Below the pieces are notes generated by a model. That model was not told the DNA's origin. It worked only from the letters and a program-made list of their open reading frames with translations, and ran no database searches. The translations under genes were made by a program, and so were the position numbers. Below are positions 51,090 through 60,700 of a stretch of DNA of 64,000 bases, piece after piece (positions within the stretch are counted from its first letter, which is position 1; every line of letters starts with the position of its first letter). Location: contig JBJLBJ010000022.1 of the NCBI GenBank assembly GCA_045568235.1, positions 1,953-65,952 of the forward strand. The letters are read 5' to 3'. This DNA is from Candidatus Thalassarchaeaceae archaeon (lineage in GTDB: Archaea > Thermoplasmatota > Poseidoniia > Poseidoniales > Thalassarchaeaceae).

Positions 51090-51503
51090 ATGGAGACATC
51101 ATGCGGATTCATATTGATTAATTATGATAGTATATTGCTTCTTCAATACCCCCAAGGTCATTGGAGTTTTCCAAAGGGCCATATAGAAGAGCAAGATGAA
51201 AATCACCACTCTACAGCTTTGAGAGAATTAACAGAAGAAACCGGAATAAAAGAAATAGTGATAGTTGATGGTTGGAATGCTCGTACAGAGTACACATTCA
51301 AACAAAAAGGAAAAGATATTTCTAAAGAGGTATACTGGTATTTAGCCGAAACGGAAGAGTTAGATGTTACATTATCTCATGAACACACTAATTATTTATG
51401 GTTAAATTTTGATGATGCTAAAAACCAGCTAACATTTAATCAAGAAAAAGAGATAATCAATTCTGTTTATATTTTTAGAACAGATTCTGGACTTTCAGTT
51501 TAA
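51090..51503 (+). CDS. Nudix hydrolase, Ap4A hydrolase-like
   Basis: SCGFIL, LLLQY..GHWSFPKGH, ALRELTEETG, LSHEH..Y.W. Confidence 0.88.
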   Translation: METSCGFILINYDSILLLQYPQGHWSFPKGHIEEQDENHHSTALRELTEETGIKEIVIVDGWNARTEYTFKQKGKDISKEVYWYLAETEELDVTLSHEHTNYLWLNFDDAKNQLTFNQEKEIINSVYIFRTDSGLSV

Positions 51504-52114
51504 TCACTTTTTGTCCTCATTCCAAGCGGCGTCCACAGAACTTCTTCTTCTTCACATTTTGCACTTATCCATCTTCCCATAACAAACATCCAGTCTGATA
51601 AACGATTCAAATAAGAAATTATTTCAATTCTCACCGCTTCTTTTCCATCATTTTCTAGCATCAAACAAGCAATTCTTTCAGCTCTTCTAGCTACAGTCCG
51701 AGACACATGTAAACTTGCCACAGGTGCAGATCCAGTTGGCATAATAAACGACTCTAGAGGTTCTATATCCTCCAGCCATTTATTCATTTCTTCAACTAAT
51801 TTATCTCCTTCATTTTCACCTATCAGCGCCATCATTGATGGAAGTTTTCCAGGTGTACAGGCACATTCTCCTCCAATATCGAATAACTCTTGTTGTACTC
51901 GCCCCAAAACAATGTCAAGAGATTTTTTTACTTCATCAGATGCCATATCGGATCTTTTTAATTCCATTCTAACAATTCCAAGTTGAGAATTCAATTCATC
52001 AATAGTACCGTACATTGCAACTCTTGGATTTCCTTTACTCACTCTAGATCCATCTAATAGTGAAGTTTCTCCTTTATCTCCTCCTCCAGTATGAACTCTT
52101 GTTATACGAACCAT
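51500..52114 (-). CDS. ATP:cob(I)alamin adenosyltransferase (PduO type)
   Basis: HTGGGDKGETSL, YGTIDELNS, LFDIG, RTVARRAER, YLNRLSD. Confidence 0.93.
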   Translation of the reverse strand: MVRITRVHTGGGDKGETSLLDGSRVSKGNPRVAMYGTIDELNSQLGIVRMELKRSDMASDEVKKSLDIVLGRVQQELFDIGGECACTPGKLPSMMALIGENEGDKLVEEMNKWLEDIEPLESFIMPTGSAPVASLHVSRTVARRAERIACLMLENDGKEAVRIEIISYLNRLSDWMFVMGRWISAKCEEEEVLWTPLGMRTKSD

Positions 52115-52162
52115 TGCATATCTGCGAGGGCCTCTGTTATTTTGAATAGTTCGTGTCAAAAA

Positions 52163-52870
52163 CTACAAAGAAATTTCATTAAGTGAATTTTTTATTATTT
52201 CGGTCCAAGACTCATCTAATGCAGACCATCCCCCATTCTTTTCTAATTCTAATAGATGTTCAGAACCTTTTTTATCATCTCCAATTTTTTCATATATTAA
52301 GAATAATGCTGCATGACTCATAGTATTAAGCCACGGATCATTCATATCCCACGATTTTTTAAAATGCTCTATTGCACCATTTTTCCCATAAATCAACCCT
52401 CTTTTTATTTGTCTTAATCCAGATTTTGACCATGAGATGCCAGGAACGCCTACCACCAAACCCCGAAAAGCAAGATAAATTTCTAACATGACAATTATAG
52501 AAGCTATTATGAATGACATTATTTGTTCATTCATTGTTGAATTAACCCAATCAACAGTCAATAAATCAATTGCACCAATGCACAACAATAATCCCCCAAA
52601 CGGTGCCAAAATAACATCTTGCTTTGTATTGACCATATGTCTTACTCCAATAATTATGCCAAAACCCCCAATAATTACAGTTATCAAAGCTGGCAATTCT
52701 TCAAGTGTTTCTCTAGGTGCTGTACTGGCAATAGTAAAAATAATACCGAAAAAAATAATCAAAAAAGCAAATCTTCCACCAATTTCGGGAAACGGTTGAT
52801 ATCTACTATAATACAGAATAACTCCTCCAATGAAGAAATAAAATAGTATCCAAAAATTTAGTGAAATCAT
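52163..52870 (-). CDS. Hypothetical membrane protein (about 5 TM + short helical C-terminus)
   Basis: Hydrophobic N-terminal two-thirds; start at 52870 abuts the upstream stop. Confidence 0.65.
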   Translation of the reverse strand: MISLNFWILFYFFIGGVILYYSRYQPFPEIGGRFAFLIIFFGIIFTIASTAPRETLEELPALITVIIGGFGIIIGVRHMVNTKQDVILAPFGGLLLCIGAIDLLTVDWVNSTMNEQIMSFIIASIIVMLEIYLAFRGLVVGVPGISWSKSGLRQIKRGLIYGKNGAIEHFKKSWDMNDPWLNTMSHAALFLIYEKIGDDKKGSEHLLELEKNGGWSALDESWTEIIKNSLNEISL

Positions 52871-53190
52871 TATTCCGACACTTCTCCCTTCCACCCTGGA
52901 TTCCAAAATTTCTCATTATCGAGCCATTCTAACCATTCTATTGAGTCAGCCTGTAAAAGCCTAAAAGCCCTCCTATTTAGCCCTTCAAGTAATGAATCAG
53001 ACACTTCTCCAATCTCATTTGCAGCCGTCCACTCTATTTGCATTTCTCTAACTTTTAATTGTCCATCTGTGTGGTTATTGAAAGATTTTTCACAAACCTC
53101 TCGTAAATCTTGTAACCACATCCTAGCTCCACGCATATGGGGTTCTTCCACAAAGGGTTTAGCTTTACGTCGACGACGCCAACGACTCAT
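52870..53190 (-). CDS. Hypothetical protein
   Basis: MSRWRRRRK basic N-terminus, Trp-rich C-terminus; coupled to the downstream gene. Confidence 0.6.
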   Translation of the reverse strand: MSRWRRRRKAKPFVEEPHMRGARMWLQDLREVCEKSFNNHTDGQLKVREMQIEWTAANEIGEVSDSLLEGLNRRAFRLLQADSIEWLEWLDNEKFWNPGWKGEVSE

Positions 53191-53264
53191 ATTGATGATT
53201 CGCAAGAGTACCCGGTCTTGATGCTTTGCGAAATCCTATTACACAGAAGCATCTGGATATATTT

Positions 53265-53699
53265 GTGGGTAGAATAATAGTTCATATTTTTGGTAAACCA
53301 AAAGATAAGAATTTGGCATCAATAATCGCCGATTATTCTAAAAGAGTAATTTCTAGGGGAATAATAGTTAAGATCTATTCTGATAAAAAAGATAATAATA
53401 ATTATGAAAAATATTTAACTAATCTCAAAGGTAATTTAATAATTTTAGATGAAAATGGAACTCAGAAAACAAGTAAGGAACTATCTGACTTAATATCACA
53501 AATATCACTTGGTAATGAAACAGTAAATTTTGCCATAGGCCCTCCTGATGGATTTAGTAATAAACTGAAAAATATATCAATCACACAAATATCACTTTCA
53601 AGGATGACATTACCTCATGAAATGGTAGCATGTATATTATTAGAGCAAATATATAGAGCCACTGAAATTATTCGAGGCGGTCCATATCACAGAGAATAA
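53265..53699 (+). CDS. rlmH: 23S rRNA (pseudouridine-1915-N3)-methyltransferase RlmH-like (SPOUT)
   Basis: LDENG...S, FAIGPPDG, SLSRMTLPHEM...LLEQIYRA..I.RG.PYHRE; probable GTG start. Confidence 0.9.
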   Translation: MGRIIVHIFGKPKDKNLASIIADYSKRVISRGIIVKIYSDKKDNNNYEKYLTNLKGNLIILDENGTQKTSKELSDLISQISLGNETVNFAIGPPDGFSNKLKNISITQISLSRMTLPHEMVACILLEQIYRATEIIRGGPYHRE

Positions 53700-53700
53700 A

Positions 53701-54495
53701 TCATTTAATCCGATTTACTGAATTAGATATTATTTTTAAAGCATCTATTAACACTATATCATTATCCCAAAAACCCTCATCACTTTCACCAATAGACACT
53801 TCTTTCAATAATAACTTAGATGCCCTTGAAACCTCATCTACAATGGTCACTGTAGCCTTCCTAGATGTTCTCGAAAGTGGATTCAAATCAATTACTAATA
53901 CTTCTTTACCTAGTGCAATAAGTGCTTCGCATCGATCCCCATCTTCTAAGGGGACTAATACTACATCCGCTTTTTCTATCCCTTCTACACAACATATTGA
54001 ACGAGGGCCTTCTAATCCAATAATTTTACCTTTACAGTTTTCACCTAATATTTCGACATTATTTATTCTTTCTACCCAATCTTCCCCTTTCCATTTTTCA
54101 GGAGGTCTTTCATTGGATATTTTTTCTTTATATTCATGCATTAAATCTAATAATTTTGAAATTCTTGAAGACGTTCTGTAGTATATATTTATTTCAATTG
54201 GACAGGAAATTATTGCTGCAATTTTTATTAATTCCTCTCCAGCCAAAATTGCTGTATTACCATTTACTGATATTACAGGACTTTTCGCCCCCCTCAGTCT
54301 TTTTGCAACTTCTTTAATTGATTTTAAAGCGGAAATAGAAGTTTTTTCACCAAGAAGATAGTCAAAAGCCTCACCTCTTCCGTGAGCAATCATAGCCGAT
54401 TCCGCCAAAAGACCATCATTGGAAGCCTGTACTAATTTCTCTCTAGAGATTAATGAATCATATCTCGGATGACTTTTAGGTATTTTTGACATCAA
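53701..54495 (-). CDS. Archaeal 4-phosphopantoate--beta-alanine ligase (phosphopantothenate synthetase)
   Basis: IPKSHPRYDSL, IAHGRGEAFDYLLGE, ISVNGN, VPLEDGDR, IDLNPLSRT. Confidence 0.93.
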   Translation of the reverse strand: MMSKIPKSHPRYDSLISREKLVQASNDGLLAESAMIAHGRGEAFDYLLGEKTSISALKSIKEVAKRLRGAKSPVISVNGNTAILAGEELIKIAAIISCPIEINIYYRTSSRISKLLDLMHEYKEKISNERPPEKWKGEDWVERINNVEILGENCKGKIIGLEGPRSICCVEGIEKADVVLVPLEDGDRCEALIALGKEVLVIDLNPLSRTSRKATVTIVDEVSRASKLLLKEVSIGESDEGFWDNDIVLIDALKIISNSVNRIK

Positions 54496-55457
54496 AAAAC
54501 CTCTTTTTCGAATAACATTGATAGATCAATAGGACTAACTCCTCGATTTAATTTACTAGATGAAATAACTTCAATATCGGTTTTTCCCCAATCTTCTAAA
54601 GAATCAATATCAATACCTCCAGATGCTTCTAGAATACAATATTCACGTAATTTATTTTTTATTAGTTTTTTAGATATTTTTTTAACTGTATTAGTATCAA
54701 TATTATCTAACAATAACACAATTTTAACATTTTTTATATTACTTTGTATTTTTCTTACCCATGTTTCTACGACAATCATTGCCTCATTCATATTCTGTAC
54801 TTCTATGATAATAAAATCATCTATTTTGGATAAATCTATTTCCTCAATAGTTCTAGAAATTGTCTGTAGATAGTTTTCTTCATCTCTCATATGCGATGCA
54901 AAGTCATTTTCCTTTAACATCAAGGCATCATTTCTATTCAGTCTATGAGTATAACCTCCTCCTACATTGACAGCCCATTTGTCCATCAATCCCCAATCGG
55001 TTTTACGTGTTGCTGCAATTTTTATTTGTGGGACCATCTTAACCCATGTTTTTGTATTAGTGGCAATACCAGATAAATTTCCTAAAATGTTCAACATTAT
55101 TCTTTCTACTTTTAGAATTTCTTTTGCCATCCCTTTTATTTCTAAAATCTTTTGACTATTTTTTATTTTTCCCCCCTCTTCAACATACCACTTTATTTCA
55201 CATTCAGAAAAATGTATTTCTAATAATCTATTTACGATAGGTTTCCCACAAAGTAAACCCTCGGCCTTAGATATTATTTTTCCTTTGATTATATTTTTAG
55301 GGCCGCTCCCTCCACCCTGCTCATCAAATATCATAGAATTTATCCATCCATCCATTGATTTTAGGAATAAAGGCGTGGCCGAACCATTTTCCATATTACC
55401 TTCCCAAAGAAGATGTGAACGATCATGCGGCACGTCATCCATGTTACTCGGTATCAT
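54492..55457 (-). CDS. nadC: Quinolinate phosphoribosyltransferase (NadC family)
   Basis: ERIMLN...LSGIAT.T, ATRKT, GGG..HR, IEV, LLDN, EASGGI, IDLSM. Confidence 0.85.
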   Translation of the reverse strand: MIPSNMDDVPHDRSHLLWEGNMENGSATPLFLKSMDGWINSMIFDEQGGGSGPKNIIKGKIISKAEGLLCGKPIVNRLLEIHFSECEIKWYVEEGGKIKNSQKILEIKGMAKEILKVERIMLNILGNLSGIATNTKTWVKMVPQIKIAATRKTDWGLMDKWAVNVGGGYTHRLNRNDALMLKENDFASHMRDEENYLQTISRTIEEIDLSKIDDFIIIEVQNMNEAMIVVETWVRKIQSNIKNVKIVLLLDNIDTNTVKKISKKLIKNKLREYCILEASGGIDIDSLEDWGKTDIEVISSSKLNRGVSPIDLSMLFEKEVF

Positions 55458-55498
55458 GCATCTATCTTCAACAATACGAATTATATTAGCAAAATAGT

Positions 55499-55744
55499 TT
55501 ATTTTTCTTCAACTACATCCAAACTGGTATTTGCTGCAGCCAAACAAACCAATATATCATCAATTGTTGATCTAATTGTGTTTAAATTTTTAGCAATAAC
55601 TCTTATAATTAATTTAGAAACTTCATCCAAATCAATTATTTCATATGAAAATGATTCCGGATCATCTGGAGTAATTGCTGCAAGTAATAACTCAGCGCGT
55701 GACCTCGGTCCGTTCCAAATTATCTCCACTTCTGTACTTTCCAT
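55499..55744 (-). CDS. KEOPS complex subunit Pcc1-like
   Basis: 81 aa; AITPDD...I.AKNLNTIRSTIDDILVCL pattern. Confidence 0.72.
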   Translation of the reverse strand: MESTEVEIIWNGPRSRAELLLAAITPDDPESFSYEIIDLDEVSKLIIRVIAKNLNTIRSTIDDILVCLAAANTSLDVVEEK

Positions 55745-55813
55745 GAACTCCGTACGCGCTACCTCTTTTGATTTGTACTGGTATTATATTGCACATCTCC
55801 CCGCGGATGATTC

Positions 55814-57463
55814 ATGGCCAGGGAATTGATTAGACTTGAAGAGGTACATCGTGCCTTTGGCCCTTTGACAGTTTTAGAATCAGTTAACTTACGTATAGAT
55901 GAAGGAGATAGAATTGGTATCGTTGGACATAATGGCGCAGGAAAAACCACATTATTACGTACTATTAGTAATCAAGACCAAGATCTTGGCGATATTTTCT
56001 TAGCAGCAGGACTCCGTTTAGCATTTTTGACACAAATTAGAGATTTAGATGAAAATGCCACTTTAGGAGAAGAACTCAGTAGACGTGGACGACAATTTCA
56101 AGAAATAGAAGACGAGATAGCATTATTAGAAGAAAAAATGACACAACCTTCGTTTTATGAAGGTGATTGGCAACCTGATATGGACAGATATCAAGAATTA
56201 CAGAGTCTCATGGCACGCTCAGGAGGAGGGGATGTCGCAGGACATGCCCAAGAAATTTTGAAAGCACTAGATTTAGCACATCATCCATTAGATATTCAAC
56301 TTTCTTTGCTATCAGGTGGCGAACGTGCAAAAGTTGCACTTGCAAGGCAATTGGTAGGGTTAAATGAAATTGATGTGTTTTTCTTAGATGAGCCGACAAA
56401 CCATTTAGATTTACAGACTTTGAACTGGCTTGAGAATTTTCTAAATAAATTTAACGGAGCTCTTTTAATTGTTAGCCATGATAGATATTTTTTAGATAGA
56501 GTTTGTAATAATATAATTGAAGTTCAAGATTCCCATACAAGAGGGTATAATGGTAATTATACTTCCTTTTTAAAGCAAAAAGAACTTTTTTTACAGACTC
56601 TTAATGACCGAATTGATAAGACACAAAAAGAATTGAAAAGGTTGAAAGGTGCAATGCAATCTATGAAAAGCTCCAATAAATATGACAAATCAGTTTCTCA
56701 AAAACATGTAATGATTTTACGAACACAACGCGAATTGAAATGGTTAAAATCTATTAAACCCAATCTAAGAAAACCTTTGAGATTTAATATGAAAGCTACA
56801 GAAAAAAGTAGTTTAGAAGTATTGGATTTTAAAAAGGCCCATATGTCATTTGACAGCCTTTCACATCCAATAATTAGAGGTTTGGATATTGGAGTAAGAA
56901 GAGGTCAGAAAATAGGTATAATAGGCCCAAATGGAGCAGGAAAAACCACATTATTAAGAATTATTAATGGTGAATTGAGTTTAGATTCAGGAGAAATAGA
57001 TATTCGTCCCGGAGTCCAAATAGGTTATTTTCATCAAGACCATAGATTACTAAATTTTGATTTGACTCCTATTGAACAGATTCAATTTTTAAAACCGAAA
57101 ATGGAATATGCAAATCTTAGATCTATGCTGGGCCAATTCCAATTCACCTCAGATATGGCCAAAACTAAACTTTCAAAATTAAGCGGAGGAGAGAGAGCTA
57201 GGGTGGCTTTACTTTGTTTATTACTAGAAGAAAATAATATGCTTTTGTTAGATGAGCCGACAAACCATTTGGATACAGATGCCAAACAAGCCTTGGAAGA
57301 AGCACTTATTGGATATGATGGAGGAATAATCACCGTCAGTCATGATAGATATTTTTTAGATCAAGTATGTGATACAATATGGGAATTAAAAGGAGATGGA
57401 AGCCTGTTTGTTTGGCCAGGAAATTATTCTGATTACATCAGAAGAAAAGAAAAACAAAAATAG
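55814..57463 (+). CDS. ABC-F family ribosome-associated ATPase
   Basis: Two NBDs (G.NGAGKTT, LSGGE, LDEPTNHLD, VSHDRYFLD), arm and helical linker, no TM. Confidence 0.93.
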   Translation: MARELIRLEEVHRAFGPLTVLESVNLRIDEGDRIGIVGHNGAGKTTLLRTISNQDQDLGDIFLAAGLRLAFLTQIRDLDENATLGEELSRRGRQFQEIEDEIALLEEKMTQPSFYEGDWQPDMDRYQELQSLMARSGGGDVAGHAQEILKALDLAHHPLDIQLSLLSGGERAKVALARQLVGLNEIDVFFLDEPTNHLDLQTLNWLENFLNKFNGALLIVSHDRYFLDRVCNNIIEVQDSHTRGYNGNYTSFLKQKELFLQTLNDRIDKTQKELKRLKGAMQSMKSSNKYDKSVSQKHVMILRTQRELKWLKSIKPNLRKPLRFNMKATEKSSLEVLDFKKAHMSFDSLSHPIIRGLDIGVRRGQKIGIIGPNGAGKTTLLRIINGELSLDSGEIDIRPGVQIGYFHQDHRLLNFDLTPIEQIQFLKPKMEYANLRSMLGQFQFTSDMAKTKLSKLSGGERARVALLCLLLEENNMLLLDEPTNHLDTDAKQALEEALIGYDGGIITVSHDRYFLDQVCDTIWELKGDGSLFVWPGNYSDYIRRKEKQK

Positions 57464-57472
57464 CTTGAAATA

Positions 57473-58651
57473 TTAAACACCCCAAAATCTATTTGCACTT
57501 AATGATTCATCATTCTCTTCAAAAGATTGTACTACAGTTCTTAATAGATAATAAAGCACAGTGGCGACAATTGGGAGAAACCAAGTATCTGATATCTCTC
57601 CAAAGGCTAAACTATAATCATCTCCAGATAATTCAGTTAATAGAACTTCTATGATTGCTCTAGAGATAGTATAAATTACTCCTCCAAGCCCAAATAATAA
57701 CAAACTCCTACCTGTAAATGTTCCTTCCTTCCATCTTAGTACTCCTAAAGAAAGTGCAAAAGAGAAAGTAGATACAACTATCCATGTAAGTGCTTGGTCT
57801 AGTGCAATAACCCAAACTGCAACATCTCTGTTTACAGCATCCAAATCAAACACATCAATACTTACGTAACTTTCAGTAACATACTCATTTAATTCTGATG
57901 TAGAACCAGTAAGAACTTGCCAAACCGTTAGGACCGATAATAGCACGGAAACAATTGCTAAACCCCACAATAAAGAAGACCAAATACCTCCAGTAGCACT
58001 TTCTCGCATATCATTCATTAAACGATCTAATTGTTGTTCCCAACCCAATCCCTTTGCTAAAACCCATATTCCTATTATCAATGGCATTGCACCAATAATT
58101 ACAGTTCCGTTGGGTAACATTAATCCCAATCCAAAAAGCATTAAAAATATTGCAACTGGTACTAATAATCTAGCACGCCATCTAGGGTCTTCAACAGCTT
58201 TAATTATGTAGTAATAGGTACTTTCAATTCCTCTATTCTGTCTTACAATTATCTTCTCAATATGGTCTACTCTTATTCTTGAGGTTATTATCGGAAGAGA
58301 TGCTTCATCATCTGCACCATCAGTGACTAGAACTGCCGAATCTGGTTGAAATTCCTTGATCACTTCTTCTAATTGACTTGCAATTGCTCTATCACTACGT
58401 GGACCAACTCTTACATCACCTGTTAATATCGCTATTTCTAATTCATCATTTGCTTTCGCACTTTCTACCATCTTATCGTGATGATGCAACGCCCCTAAAA
58501 TTGCGTTTGTATCAGATTCTTCTGGATCTGCAATCCCTAACCGCAATACTGCATTTAAAGCACTCTTTCTACCTATTACAGGGCCTCTTATTCCAGCTTT
58601 AACACCTAAATCATTATCTCTGTCAACAGTCATTATTAATGTTCTAGCCAT
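57473..58651 (-). CDS. DUF373 family archaeal membrane protein
   Basis: VDRDNDLG.KAG, DPEESDTNA, VTDGADDE, VRQ...IESTYY, then TM helices. Confidence 0.88.
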   Translation of the reverse strand: MARTLIMTVDRDNDLGVKAGIRGPVIGRKSALNAVLRLGIADPEESDTNAILGALHHHDKMVESAKANDELEIAILTGDVRVGPRSDRAIASQLEEVIKEFQPDSAVLVTDGADDEASLPIITSRIRVDHIEKIIVRQNRGIESTYYYIIKAVEDPRWRARLLVPVAIFLMLFGLGLMLPNGTVIIGAMPLIIGIWVLAKGLGWEQQLDRLMNDMRESATGGIWSSLLWGLAIVSVLLSVLTVWQVLTGSTSELNEYVTESYVSIDVFDLDAVNRDVAVWVIALDQALTWIVVSTFSFALSLGVLRWKEGTFTGRSLLLFGLGGVIYTISRAIIEVLLTELSGDDYSLAFGEISDTWFLPIVATVLYYLLRTVVQSFEENDESLSANRFWGV

Positions 58652-58693
58652 ATAATTACCCCTGCCTTAATATTTATTTTAATTGGATATTAC

Positions 58694-59866
58694 TTATGAA
58701 GAATTGGACATTTTGCTTCCGTCTTCTCCTTCCATGTTTTTGTTTTGATTCGTATCTTCATTATATCTTCTTCTCTGTTTTGCTCTTAGATATTTAAGCG
58801 GATGAGTCATCCATTCTTGATCACAAAGCGAATTATCACCTTTCTGCACCGGACAACGAGCTCCTGTTTTTAGTGCTGAACAACCATGGGGTGTATATTC
58901 CCTCTCGTATATTTGATTTATTTGATATCCACTGGTCTCTGCATTATAATCAGGAGCATTTGAAAAAAATCCCAATGTTTCTTCTTGCGAAAATCCCATC
59001 GATCTGGACATAGCGGCTAAAAACACACGGCCCGTGTGATTTACATTTATGCCTTGATTTAATTCTGAAACAGCCAATTCAAAACAAGGAGGCCATTCAT
59101 TTCTTGTTGTAGCACTCATTGGCATTTCTTCCCGAACTCTTTCTGAAAATAAACTAACAATTCTTTCTACAGAAGATGAGAACAGGGCCGCAAATTCATC
59201 ATCCATTTTTTCCATTCTTTGAATACATATTTCATTAAGATTTTCACGAATTCTTTCTTTTAATAATCTAGACGTACGCTGCATACTAGTTTCTCCTACT
59301 CCTGGATTCATACAAACCCAACCATCTTTCACTGAACGATTTATTAATCTCCAATAGTTTCCTGAGATTTTAGGGCATAATTCTATGAAATCACTAATTG
59401 GAATCCAATAAACAGAAACACCAGTTTCATCTTTATTCTCTTTAATATCAGAAAGATATGTGTTTGCAATTAACATAAAATTTTGACTATCTACTCCCAA
59501 TAAATAATCTGCTCTACTAGATTCTCCCTCAATCCATCTTCCCAATAGTCTCTCATCAAAAGACGCACATATTATCAACATCGCATATAGAAATGACAAA
59601 CATTCTGTCATTTTTCCTATCTCAGTTGATAAATCTATAATTTCTGCCGATTTAATATCACCTTTGTGAGTAATGCTTTCCACTAGCCTAATTCGACCTC
59701 TTGCTCGGATATCTTCTAACCATGGAGCATCTATCAACTGCTCTATTGTTATGTTATTTTCCTCTAATAATTTTTTAATATATTCTTTACTCTGAGGAAG
59801 AAAACCATATCTCGCCAGTATACTCTCATCACCAATCTCAGGCAACTCGAGCGGCATCGGCGGCAT
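58694..59866 (-). CDS. priL: DNA primase large subunit PriL
   Basis: ARYGFL, WRLINR.VKDGWV, WPPC, NHTGR, PDY...T.YQ, C...C...C HPL Fe-S domain. Confidence 0.9.
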   Translation of the reverse strand: MPPMPLELPEIGDESILARYGFLPQSKEYIKKLLEENNITIEQLIDAPWLEDIRARGRIRLVESITHKGDIKSAEIIDLSTEIGKMTECLSFLYAMLIICASFDERLLGRWIEGESSRADYLLGVDSQNFMLIANTYLSDIKENKDETGVSVYWIPISDFIELCPKISGNYWRLINRSVKDGWVCMNPGVGETSMQRTSRLLKERIRENLNEICIQRMEKMDDEFAALFSSSVERIVSLFSERVREEMPMSATTRNEWPPCFELAVSELNQGINVNHTGRVFLAAMSRSMGFSQEETLGFFSNAPDYNAETSGYQINQIYEREYTPHGCSALKTGARCPVQKGDNSLCDQEWMTHPLKYLRAKQRRRYNEDTNQNKNMEGEDGSKMSNSS

Positions 59867-59905
59867 AAAGCCTCTATGTACCCCTAGGGTTCTTCAATAC
59901 TCACT

Positions 59906-60691
59906 ATGCCGATATACATGAGAAAGGACATTATGCCACGAATAAAACAAAGAATTGAACACACCAATCATGAATTAATTAAAATCCAAGATGAGATAAG
60001 GGATTTTTTCGGTTGGGATTTGAGTGATGATTTACATAGTACAGAAAAATTATTGTATAAAGTTGATAATTCGAATGTTAATGATTGGAAAATATCTAAT
60101 CGAGAAAAGAATCTATTTGATATCATCGAACAAATGAATTCTACTGATAAAAAAATTGTAATTGTTGGTGCTGCAGTGACATCTTTAGAAATTATTAAAA
60201 TTTTAAAAAGTAATAATTTTTTAGTATTGGCAGATGGAGCAGGTGCAGTTTTTTCCACATTAGATGATGACTTGGAAAAAGAAGCTTGGTCTCGAACACT
60301 TTGTATCATAAGTGATGGAGATGGAGGAAGCGGGCTAACTAAAGCCATTCAAAAAGAAATACCATTGATACTCCATGCGCATGGCGACAATGTCCTTTCT
60401 TGGACCAAGGTAATCGATTATATTCTTTCTTCTGATATTGAAATGAAGATAGTTTTAACACATCAATTACCCAAAAAAATTGATGGTATGTATAATTTTG
60501 GAGGATTTACAGACGGAGATAGAGCAGTGTGTTTTGTTCATTCCATAGGAGTACCTAAAGAAAGAATAGTAATGATAGGTACAAGGACAGATATAGTTGG
60601 CAAATGGTCTGGAATTACTGACAAAGAATTAAAATTATCGAAATTAAAATGGATGGAAAAAGTATTACAAATTATAGAAATAAATTATTAA
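59906..60691 (+). CDS. 6-hydroxymethyl-7,8-dihydropterin pyrophosphokinase MptE-like (DUF115)
   Basis: LADGA, ISDGDG, HAHGDN, THQ, NFGGFTDGDRAV, K..KL.W. Confidence 0.85.
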   Translation: MPIYMRKDIMPRIKQRIEHTNHELIKIQDEIRDFFGWDLSDDLHSTEKLLYKVDNSNVNDWKISNREKNLFDIIEQMNSTDKKIVIVGAAVTSLEIIKILKSNNFLVLADGAGAVFSTLDDDLEKEAWSRTLCIISDGDGGSGLTKAIQKEIPLILHAHGDNVLSWTKVIDYILSSDIEMKIVLTHQLPKKIDGMYNFGGFTDGDRAVCFVHSIGVPKERIVMIGTRTDIVGKWSGITDKELKLSKLKWMEKVLQIIEINY

Positions 60692-60700
60692 ATATCAAAA

